This document shows, in pieces, positions 1 to 11,982 of a stretch of DNA of 64,000 bases (positions within the stretch are counted from its first letter, which is position 1; each line of letters opens with the position of its first letter). Where the stretch lies: contig OZ059900.1 in the NCBI GenBank assembly GCA_964057225.1, positions 7,750,001 to 7,814,000 on the forward strand. The letters are read 5' to 3'. Source of the stretch: Auanema rhodensis (taxonomy: Eukaryota; Animalia; Nematoda). The notes below the pieces were generated by a model that ran no database searches, had not been told where the DNA came from, and was given only the letters and a program-made list of their open reading frames with translations. The translations under genes were made by a program, and so were the position numbers.

Positions 1-348
1 TTCAAAACGCCATATATTCAACGATTTTGGGTACAAAACATGTGAAAACTGTATGTTTTGATCAGACCCTTTGAGATATGGATTTGAAATTCAGGATTCA
101 TAAACTTCGACTATTTTTACATATATATGTCCAATTTTAACCACTTTGGTCGAAAAGGACCGAAAACATCAAGAATTATTGGTTTTTTGGGGATTGAAGG
201 GCATTTTGGCAAAATCAGTCAAACTTTTGATCTTAAGCATATTTTTTTCTTCTAAAACGACTAAATGTATGAAATACTGTCATAGAATGTTCATATAGGT
301 GTATTTTGCACGAATATCAAAACTGATTGAAATATGGGCCTTTTTATG
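1..348 (+). repeat. Representative satellite monomer (arbitrary phase), 108/348 G+C, rich in A/T tracts
   Basis: Read directly. Contains GTAC (31-34), ACATGT (38-43), TGATCA (59-64), CTTAAG (232-237) and GGCC (337-340). GAATTC is present only in some subtypes (e.g. TTGGAATTC near 1825, TTCGAATTC near 24942). Confidence 0.98.
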
Positions 349-3131
349 TTCAAAACGCCATATATTCAACGATTTTGGGTACAAAACATGTGAAAACTGT
401 ATGTTTTGATCAGACCCTTTGAGATATGGATTTGAAATTCAGGATTCATAAACTTCGACTATTTTTACATATATATGTCCAATTTTAACCACTTTGGTCG
501 AAAAGGACCGAAAATATCAAGAATTATTGGTTTTTTGGGGATTGAAGGGCATTTTGGCAAAATCAGTCAAACTTTTGATCTTAAGCATATTTTTTTCTTC
601 TAAAACGACTAAATGTATGAAATACTGTCATAGAATGTTCATATAGGTGTATTTTGCACAAATATCAAAACTGATTGAAATATGGGCCTTTTTATGCTCA
701 AAACGCCATATATTCAACGATTTTGGGTACAAAACATGTGAAAACTGTATGTTTTGATCAGACCCTTTGAGATATGGATTTAAAATTCAGGATTCATAAA
801 ATTCGACTATTTTTACATATATATGTCCAATTTTAACCACTTTGGTCAAAAAGGACCGAAAATATCAAGAATTATTGGTTTTTTGGGGTTTGAAGGGCAT
901 TTTGGCAAAATCAGTCAAACTTTTGATCTTAAGCATATTTTTTTCTTCTAAAACGACTAAATGTATGAAATACTGTCATAGAATGTTCATATAGGTGTAT
1001 TTTGCACAAATATCAAAACTGATTGAAATATGGGCCTTTTTATGCTCAAAACGCCATATATTCAACGATTTTGGGTACAAAACATGTGAAAACTGTATGT
1101 TTTGATCAGACCCTTTGAGATATGGATTTAAAATTCAGGATTCATAAAATTCGACTATTTTTACATATATATGTCCAATTTTAACCACTTTGGTCAAAAA
1201 GGACCGAAAATATCAAGAATTATTGGTTTTTTGGGGTTTGAAGGGCATTTTGGCAAAATCAGTCAAACTTTTGATCTTAAGCATATTTTTTTCTTCTAAA
1301 ACGACTAAATGTATGAAATACTGTCATAGAATGTTCATATAGGTGTATTTTGCACGAATATCAAAACTGATTGAAATATGGGCCTTTTTATGTTCAAAAC
1401 GCCATATATTCAACGATTTTGGGTACAAAACATGTGAAAACTGTATGTTTTGATCAGACCCTTTGAGATATGGATTTGAAATTCAGGATTCATAAACTTT
1501 GACTATTTTTACATATATATGTCCAATTTTAACCACTTTGGTCGAAAAGGACCGAAAACATCAAGAATTATTGGTTTTTTGGGGATTGAAGGGCATTTTG
1601 GCAAAATCAGTCAAACTTTTGATCTTAAGCATATTTTTTTCTTCTAAAACGACTAAATGTATGAAATACTGTCATAGAATGTTCATATAGGTGTATTTTG
1701 CACGAATATCAAAACTGATTGAAATATGGGCCTTTTTATGTTCAAAACGCCATATATTCAACGATTTTGGGTACAAAACATGTGAAAACTGTATGTTTTG
1801 ATCAGACCCTTTGAGATATGGATTTGGAATTCAGGATTCATAAACTTTGACTATTTTTACATATATATGTTCATTTTAACCACTTTGGTCAAAAAGGACC
1901 GAAAATATCAAGAATTATTGGTTTTTTGGGGTTTGAAGGGCATTTTGGCTAAATCAGTCAAACTTTTGATCTTAAGCATATTTTTTTCTTCTAAAACGAC
2001 TAAATGTATGAAATACTGTCATAGAATGTTCATATAGGTGTATTTTGCACGAATATCAAAACTGATTGAAATATGGGCCTTTTTATGTTCAAAACGCCAT
2101 ATATTCAACGATTTTGGGTACAAAACATGTGAAAACTGTATGTTTTGATCAGACCCTTTGAGATATGGATTTGAAATTCAGGATTCATAAACTTTGACTA
2201 TTTTTACATATATATGTCCAATTTTAACCACTTTGGTCAAAAAGGACCGAAAATATCAAGAATTATTGGTTTTTTGGGGATTGAAGGGCATTTTGGCAAA
2301 ATCAGTCAAACTTTTGATCTTAAGCATATTTTTTTCTTCTAAAACGACTAAATGTATGAAATACTGTCATAGAATGTTCATATAGGTGTATTTTGCACAA
2401 ATATCAAAACTGATTGAAATATGGGCCTTTTTATGCTCAAAACGCCATATATTCAACGATTTTGGGTACAAAACATGTGAAAACTGTATGTTTTGATCAG
2501 ACCCTTTGAGATATGGATTTGAAATTCAGGATTCATAAACTTTGACTATTTTTACATATATATGTCCAATTTTAACCACTTTGGTCAAAAAGGACCGAAA
2601 ATATCAAGAATTATTGGTTTTTTGGGGTTTGAAGGGCATTTTGGCTAAATCAGTCAAACTTTTGATCTTAAGCATATTTTTTTCTTCTAAAACGACTAAA
2701 TGTATGAAATACTGTCAAAGAATGTTCATATAGGTGTATTTTGCACGAATATCAAAACTGATTGAAATATGGGCCTTTTTATGCTCAAAACGCCATATAT
2801 TCAACGATTTTGGGTACAAAACATGTGAAAACTGTATGTTTTGATCAGACCCTTTGAGATATGGATTTAAAATTCAGGATTCATAAAATTCGACTATTCT
2901 TACATATATATGTCCAATTTTAACCACTTTGGTCAAAAAGGACCGAAAATATCAAGAATTATTGGTTTTTTGGGGTTTGAAGGGCATTTTGGCAAAATCA
3001 GTCAAACTTTTGATCTTAAGCATATTTTTTTCTTCTAAAACGACTAAATGTATGAAATACTGTCAAAGAATGTTCATATAGGTGTATTTTGCACGAATAT
3101 CAAAACTGATTGAAATATGGGCCTTTTTATG

Positions 3132-5915
3132 TTCAAAACGCCATATATTCAACGATTTTGGGTACAAAACATGTGAAAACTGTATGTTTTGATCAGACCC
3201 TTTGAGATATGGATTTGAAATTCAGGATTCATAAACTTCGACTATTTTTACATATATATGTCCAATTTTAACCACTTTGGTCGAAAAGGACCGAAAATAT
3301 CAAGAATTATTGGTTTTTTGGGGATTGAAGGGCATTTTGGCAAAATCAGTCAAACTTTTGATCTTAAGCATATTTTTTTCTTCTAAAACGACTAAATGTA
3401 TGAAATACTGTCATAGAATGTTCATATAGGTGTATTTTGCACGAATATCAAAACTGATTGAAATATGGGCCTTTTTATGTTCAAAACGCCATATATTCAA
3501 CGATTTTGGGTACAAAACATGTGAAAACTGTATGTTTTGATCAGACCCTTTGAGATATGGATTTGGAATTCAGGATTCATAAACTTTGACTATTTTTACA
3601 TATATATGTTCAATTTTAACCACTTTGGTCAAAAAGGACCGAAAATATCAAGAATTATTGGTTTTTTGGGGTTTGAAGGGCATTTTGGCTAAATCAGTCA
3701 AACTTTTGATCTTAAGCATATTTTTTTCTTCTAAAACGACTAAATGTATGAAATACTGTCATAGAATGTTCATATAGGTGTATTTTGCACGAATATCAAA
3801 ACTGATTGAAATATGGGCCTTTTTATGTTCAAAACGCCATATATTCAACGATTTTGGGTACAAAACATGTGAAAACTGTATGTTTTGATCAGACCCTTTG
3901 AGATATGGATTTGAAATTCAGGATTCATAAACTTTGACTATTTTTACATATATATGTCCAATTTTAACCACTTTGGTCAAAAAGGACCGAAAATATCAAG
4001 AATTATTGGTTTTTTGGGGATTGAAGGGCATTTTGGCAAAATCAGTCAAACTTTTGATCTTAAGCATATTTTTTTCTTCTAAAACGACTAAATGTATGAA
4101 ATACTGTCATAGAATGTTCATATAGGTGTATTTTGCACAAATATCAAAACTGATTGAAATATGGGCCTTTTTATGCTCAAAACGCCATATATTCAACGAT
4201 TTTGGGTACAAAACATGTGAAAACGGTATGTTTTGATCAGACCCTTTGAGATATGGATTTGAAATTCAGGATTCATAAACTTCGACTATTTCTACATATA
4301 TATGTCCAATTTTAACCACTTTGGTCAAAAAGGACCGAAAATATCAAGAATTATTGGTTTTTTGGGGTTTGAAGGGCATTTTGGCAAAATCAGTCAAACT
4401 TTTGATCTTAAGCATATTTTTTTCTTCTAAAACGACTAAATGTATGAAATACTGTCAAAGAATGTTCATATAGGTGTATTTTGCACGAATATCAAAACTG
4501 ATTGAAATATGGGCCTTTTTATGCTCAAAACGCCATATATTCAACGATTTTGGGTACAAAACATGTGAAAACTGTATGTTTTGATCAGACCCTTTGAGAT
4601 ATGGATTTAAAATTCAGGATTCATAAAATTCGACTATTTTTACATATATATGTCCAATTTTAACCACTTTGGTCAAAAAGGACCGAAAATATCAAGAATT
4701 ATTGGTTTTTTGGGGTTTGAAGGGCATTTTGGCAAAATCAGTCAAACTTTTGATCTTAAGCATATTTTTTTCTTCTAAAACGACTAAATGTATGAAATAC
4801 TGTCATAGAATGTTCATATAGGTGTATTTTGCACGAATATCAAAACTGATTGAAATATGGGCCTTTTTATGCTCAAAACGCCATATATTCAACGATTTTG
4901 GGTACAAAACATGTGAAAACTGTATGTTTTGATCAGACCCTTTGAGATATGGATTTGAAATTCAGGATTCATAAACTTCGACTATTTCTACATATATATG
5001 TCCAATTTTAACCACTTTGGTCAAAAAGGACCGAAAATATCAAGAATTATTGGTTTTTTGGGGTTTGAAGGGCATTTTGGCAAAATCAGTCAAACTTTTG
5101 ATCTTAAGCATATTTTTTTCTTCTAAAACGACTAAATGTATGAAATACTGTCATAGAATGTTCATATAGGTGTATTTTGCACGAATATCAAAACTGATTG
5201 AAATATGGGCCTTTTTATGTTCAAAACGCCATATATTCAACGATTTTGGGTACAAAACATGTGAAAACTGTATGTTTTGATCAGACCCTTTGAGATATGG
5301 ATTTGAAATTCAGGATTCATAAACTTTGACTATTTTTACATATATATGTCCAATTTTAACCACTTTGGTCAAAAAGGACCGAAAATATCAAGAATTATTG
5401 GTTTTTTGGGGATTGAAGGGCATTTTGGCAAAATCAGTCAAACTTTTGCTCTTAAGCATATTTTTTTCTTCTAAAACGACTAAATGTATGAAATACTGTC
5501 ATAGAATGTTCATATAGGTGTATTTTGCACGAATATCAAAACTGATTGAAATATGGGCCTTTTTATGCTCAAAACGCCATATATTCAACGATTTTGGGTA
5601 CAAAACATGTGAAAACTGTATGTTTTGATCAGACCCTTTGAGATATGGATTTAAAATTCAGGATTCATAAAATTCGACTATTTTTACATATATATGTCCA
5701 ATTTTAACCACTTTGGTCAAAAAGGACCGAAAATATCAAGAATTATTGGTTTTTTGGGGTTTGAAGGGCATTTTGGCAAAATCAGTCAAACTTTTGATCT
5801 TAAGCATATTTTTTTCTTCTAAAACGACTAAATGTATGAAATACTGTCAAAGAATGTTCATATAGGTGTATTTTGCACGAATATCAAAACTGATTGAAAT
5901 ATGGGCCTTTTTATG
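3132..5915 (+). repeat. One complete copy of the loosely conserved 8-monomer higher-order unit (subtypes B-C-D-E-A-F-G-A', 2784 bp)
   Basis: Subtypes were defined by eye from linked SNPs: B GTCGAAA; C TTGGAAT/TGTTCA/GGCTAA; D TTTGAC/GGGATT/CACAAA; E AAACGGT/TTTCTAC/GTCAAAG; A TTAAAAT/AAATTCG; F TTTCTAC; G TTGCTCT; A' = A plus GTCAAAG. The same neighbour relations recur through about 45 kb. Confidence 0.75.
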
Positions 5916-8003
5916 TTCAAAACGCCATATATTCAACGATTTTGGGTACAAAACATGTGAAAACTGTATGTTTTGATCAGACCCTTTGAGATATGGATTT
6001 GAAATTCAGGATTCATAAACTTCGACTATTTTTACATATATATGTCCAATTTTAACCACTTTGGTCGAAAAGGACCGAAAATATCAAGAATTATTGGTTT
6101 TTTGGGGATTGAAGGGCATTTTGGCAAAATCAGTCAAACTTTTGATCTTAAGCATATTTTTTTCTTCTAAAACGACTAAATGTATGAAATACTGTCATAG
6201 AATGTTCATATAGGTGTATTTTGCACGAATATCAAAACTGATTGAAATATGGGCCTTTTTATGTTCAAAACGCCATATATTCAACGATTTTGGGTACAAA
6301 ACATGTGAAAACTGTATGTTTTGATCAGACCCTTTGAGATATGGATTTGAAATTCAGGATTCATAAACTTTGACTATTTTTACATATATATGTCCAATTT
6401 TAACCACTTTGGTCAAAAAGGACCGAAAATATCAAGAATTATTGGTTTTTTGGGGATTGAAGGGCATTTTGGCAAAATCAGTCAAACTTTTGATCTTAAG
6501 CATATTTTTTTCTTCTAAAACGACTAAATGTATGAAATACTGTCATAGAATGTTCATATAGGTGTATTTTGCACAAATATCAAAACTGATTGAAATATGG
6601 GCCTTTTTATGTTCAAAACGCCATATATTCAACGATTTTGGGTACAAAACATGTGAAAACTGTATGTTTTGATCAGACCCTTTGAGATATGGATTTGAAA
6701 TTCAGGATTCATAAACTTTGACTATTTTTACATATATATGTCCAATTTTAACCACTTTGGTCAAAAAGGACCGAAAATATCAAGAATTATTGGTTTTTTG
6801 GGGATTGAAGGGCATTTTGGCAAAATCAGTCAAACTTTTGCTCTTAAGCATATTTTTTTCTTCTAAAACGACTAAATGTATGAAATACTGTCATAGAATG
6901 TTCATATAGGTGTATTTTGCACGAATATCAAAACTGATTGAAATATGGGCCTTTTTATGCTCAAAACGCCATATATTCAACGATTTTGGGTACAAAACAT
7001 GTGAAAACTGTATGTTTTGATCAGACCCTTTGAGATATGGATTTAAAATTCAGGATTCATAAAATTCGACTATTTTTACATATATATGTCCAATTTTAAC
7101 CACTTTGGTCAAAAAGGACCGAAAATATCAAGAATTATTGGTTTTTTGGGGTTTGAAGGGCATTTTGGCAAAATCAGTCAAACTTTTGATCTTAAGCATA
7201 TTTTTTTCTTCTAAAACGACTAAATGTATGAAATACTGTCAAAGAATGTTCATATAGGTGTATTTTGCACGAATATCAAAACTGATTGAAATATGGGCCT
7301 TTTTATGTTCAAAACGCCATATATTCAACGATTTTGGGTACAAAACATGTGAAAACTGTATGTTTTGATCAGACCCTTTGAGATATGGATTTGAAATTCA
7401 GGATTCATAAACTTCGACTATTTTTACATATATATGTCCAATTTTAACCACTTTGGTCGAAAAGGACCGAAAATATCAAGAATTATTGGTTTTTTGGGGA
7501 TTGAAGGGCATTTTGGCAAAATCAGTCAAACTTTTGATCTTAAGCATATTTTTTTCTTCTAAAACGACTAAATGTATGAAATACTGTCATAGAATGTTCA
7601 TATAGGTGTATTTTGCACGAATATCAAAACTGATTGAAATATGGGCCTTTTTATGTTCAAAACGCCATATATTCAACGATTTTGGGTACAAAACATGTGA
7701 AAACTGTATGTTTTGATCAGACCCTTTGAGATATGGATTTGAAATTCAGGATTCATAAACTTTGACTATTTTTACATATATATGTCCAATTTTAACCACT
7801 TTGGTCAAAAAGGACCGAAAATATCAAGAATTATTGGTTTTTTGGGGATTGAAGGGCATTTTGGCAAAATCAGTCAAACTTTTGATCTTAAGCATATTTT
7901 TTTCTTCTAAAACGACTAAATGTATGAAATACTGTCATAGAATGTTCATATAGGTGTATTTTGCACAAATATCAAAACTGATTGAAATATGGGCCTTTTT
8001 ATG
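5220..8003 (+). repeat. Tandem duplication of a 4-monomer block (G-A'-B-D), 1392-bp period
   Basis: The same subtype order occurs at 5220-6611 and 6612-8003. The GCTCT-variant ORFs at 5326 and 6718 are 1392 apart. Confidence 0.85.
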
Positions 8004-8154
8004 TTCAAAACGCCATATATTCAACGATTTTGGGTACAAAACATGTATTTTTTTCTTCTAAAACGACTAAATGTATGAAATACTGTCATAGAATGTTCAT
8101 ATAGGTGTATTTTGCACGAATATCAAAACTGATTGAAATATGGGCCTTTTTATG
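8004..8154 (+). repeat. Truncated 151-bp monomer (internal 197-bp deletion of monomer positions 44-240)
   Basis: The junction reads CAAAACATGT|ATTTTTTTCTTCTAAAACG at 8046/8047. Flanking ORF starts 7762 and 8609 differ by 847 = 3x348 - 197. Confidence 0.97.
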
Positions 8155-11100
8155 TTCAAAACGCCATATATTCAACGATTTTGGGTACAAAACATGTGAA
8201 AACTGTATGTTTTGATCAGACCCTTTGAGATATGGATTTGAAATTCAGGATTCATAAACTTCGACTATTTTTACATATATATGTCCAATTTTAACCACTT
8301 TGGTCGAAAAGGACCGAAAATATCAAGAATTATTGGTTTTTTGGGGATTGAAGGGCATTTTGGCAAAATCAGTCAAACTTTTGATCTTAAGCATATTTTT
8401 TTCTTCTAAAACGACTAAATGTATGAAATACTGTCATAGAATGTTCATATAGGTGTATTTTGCACGAATATCAAAACTGATTGAAATATGGGCCTTTTTA
8501 TGTTCAAAACGCCATATATTCAACGATTTTGGGTACAAAACATGTGAAAACTGTATGTTTTGATCAGACCCTTTGAGATATGGATTTGGAATTCAGGATT
8601 CATAAACTTTGACTATTTTTACATATATATGTTCAATTTTAACCACTTTGGTCAAAAAGGACCGAAAATATCAAGAATTATTGGTTTTTTGGGGTTTGAA
8701 GGGCATTTTGGCTAAATCAGTCAAACTTTTGATCTTAAGCATATTTTTTTCTTCTAAAACGACTAAATGTATGAAATACTGTCATAGAATGTTCATATAG
8801 GTGTATTTTGCACGAATATCAAAACTGATTGAAATATGGGCCTTTTTATGTTCAAAACGCCATATATTCAACGATTTTGGGTACAAAACATGTGAAAACT
8901 GTATGTTTTGATCAGACCCTTTGAGATATGGATTTGAAATTCAGGATTCATAAACTTTGACTATTTTTACATATATATGTCCAATTTTAACCACTTTGGT
9001 CAAAAAGGACCGAAAATATCAAGAATTATTGGTTTTTTGGGGATTGAAGGGCATTTTGGCAAAATCAGTCAAACTTTTGATCTTAAGCATATTTTTTTCT
9101 TCTAAAACGACTAAATGTATGAAATACTGTCATAGAATGTTCATATAGGTGTATTTTGCACAAATATCAAAACTGATTGAAATATGGGCCTTTTTATGCT
9201 CAAAACGCCATATATTCAACGATTTTGGGTACAAAACATGTGAAAACGGTATGTTTTGATCAGACCCTTTGAGATATGGATTTGAAATTCAGGATTCATA
9301 AACTTCGACTATTTCTACATATATATGTCCAATTTTAACCACTTTGGTCAAAAAGGACCGAAAATATCAAGAATTATTGGTTTTTTGGGGTTTGAAGGGC
9401 ATTTTGGCAAAATCAGTCAAACTTTTGATCTTAAGCATATTTTTTTCTTCTAAAACGACTAAATGTATGAAATACTGTCAAAGAATGTTCATATAGGTGT
9501 ATTTTGCACGAATATCAAAACTGATTGAAATATGGGCCTTTTTATGCTCAAAACGCCATATATTCAACGATTTTGGGTACAAAACATGTGAAAACTGTAT
9601 GTTTTGATCAGACCCTTTGAGATATGGATTTAAAATTCAGGATTCATAAAATTCGACTATTTTTACATATATATGTCCAATTTTAACCACTTTGGTCAAA
9701 AAGGACCGAAAATATCAAGAATTATTGGTTTTTTGGGGTTTGAAGGGCATTTTGGCAAAATCAGTCAAACTTTTGATCTTAAGCATATTTTTTTCTTCTA
9801 AAACGACTAAATGTATGAAATACTGTCATAGAATGTTCATATAGGTGTATTTTGCACGAATATCAAAACTGATTGAAATATGGGCCTTTTTATGCTCAAA
9901 ACGCCATATATTCAACGATTTTGGGTACAAAACATGTGAAAACTGTATGTTTTGATCAGACCCTTTGAGATATGGATTTGAAATTCAGGATTCATAAACT
10001 TCGACTATTTCTACATATATATGTCCAATTTTAACCACTTTGGTCAAAAAGAACCGAAAATATCAAGAATTATTGGTTTTTTGGGGTTTGAAGGGCATTT
10101 TGGCAAAATCAGTCAAACTTTTGATCTTAAGCATATTTTTTTCTTCTAAAACGACTAAATGTATGAAATACTGTCATAGAATGTTCATATAGGTGTATTT
10201 TGCACGAATATCAAAACTGATTGAAATATGGGCCTTTTTATGTTCAAAACGCCATATATTCAACGATTTTGGGTACAAAACATGTGAAAACTGTATGTTT
10301 TGATCAGACCCTTTGAGATATGGATTTGAAATTCAGGATTCATAAACTTTGACTATTTTTACATATATATGTCCAATTTTAACCACTTTGGTCAAAAAGG
10401 ACCGAAAATATCAAGAATTATTGGTTTTTTGGGGATTGAAGGGCATTTTGGCAAAATCAGTCAAACTTTTGATCTTAAGCATATTTTTTTCTTCTAAAAC
10501 GACTAAATGTATGAAATACTGTCATAGAATGTTCATATAGGTGTATTTTGCACAAATATCAAAACTGATTGAAATATGGGCCTTTTTATGCTCAAAACGC
10601 CATATATTCAACGATTTTGGGTACAAAACATGTGAAAACGGTATGTTTTGATCAGACCCTTTGAGATATGGATTTGAAATTCAGGATTCATAAACTTCGA
10701 CTATTTCTACATATATATGTCCAATTTTAACCACTTTGGTCAAAAAGGACCGAAAATATCAAGAATTATTGGTTTTTTGGGGTTTGAAGGGCATTTTGGC
10801 AAAATCAGTCAAACTTTTGATCTTAAGCATATTTTTTTCTTCTAAAACGACTAAATGTATGAAATACTGTCAAAGAATGTTCATATAGGTGTATTTTGCA
10901 CGAATATCAAAACTGATTGAAATATGGGCCTTTTTATGCTCAAAACGCCATATATTCAACGATTTTGGGTACAAAACATGTGAAAACTGTATGTTTTGAT
11001 CAGACCCTTTGAGATATGGATTTAAAATTCAGGATTCATAAAATTCGACTATTTTTACATATATATGTCCAATTTTAACCACTTTGGTCAAAAAGGACCG

Positions 11101-11982
11101 AAAATATCAAGAATTATTGGTTTTTTGGGGTTTGAAGGGCATTTTGGCAAAATCAGTCAAACTTTTGATCTTAAGCATATTTTTTTCTTCTAAAACGACT
11201 AAATGTATGAAATACTGTCATAGAATGTTCATATAGGTGTATTTTGCACGAATATCAAAACTGATTGAAATATGGGCCTTTTTATGCTCAAAACGCCATA
11301 TATTCAACGATTTTGGGTACAAAACATGTGAAAACTGTATGTTTTGATCAGACCCTTTGAGATATGGATTTGAAATTCAGGATTCATAAACTTCGACTAT
11401 TTCTACATATATATGTCCAATTTTAACCACTTTGGTCAAAAAGGACCGAAAATATCAAGAATTATTGGTTTTTTGGGGTTTGAAGGGCATTTTGGCAAAA
11501 TCAGTCAAACTTTTGATCTTAAGCATATTTTTTTCTTCTAAAACGACTAAATGTATGAAATACTGTCATAGAATGTTCATATAGGTGTATTTTGCACGAA
11601 TATCAAAACTGATTGAAATATGGGCCTTTTTATGTTCAAAACGCCATATATTCAACGATTTTGGGTACAAAACATGTGAAAACTGTATGTTTTGATCAGA
11701 CCCTTTGAGATATGGATTTGAAATTCAGGATTCATAAACTTTGACTATTTTTACATATATATGTCCAATTTTAACCACTTTGGTCAAAAAGGACCGAAAA
11801 TATCAAGAATTATTGGTTTTTTGGGGATTGAAGGGCATTTTGGCAAAATCAGTCAAACTTTTGCTCTTAAGCATATTTTTTTCTTCTAAAACGACTAAAT
11901 GTATGAAATACTGTCATAGAATGTTCATATAGGTGTATTTTGCACGAATATCAAAACTGATTGAAATATGGGCCTTTTTATG

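Noticed and set aside
100-170. CENP-B box (TTCG....A..CGGG)
   Set aside because: TTCG occurs in some subtypes but the required CGGG is absent on both strands.
183-196. TTTTGGGG / TTTTGGG telomere-like or G-quadruplex motif
   Set aside because: Only isolated single copies per monomer, not tandem. The G-runs are too few and too far apart for a canonical G4.
1-348. 5S rDNA, tRNA, snRNA or spliced-leader tandem gene unit
   Set aside because: The unit length is compatible, but there is no GC-rich conserved RNA gene segment, recognisable Pol III box or cloverleaf; the unit is uniformly AT-rich. An Rfam/Infernal scan would be the formal test.
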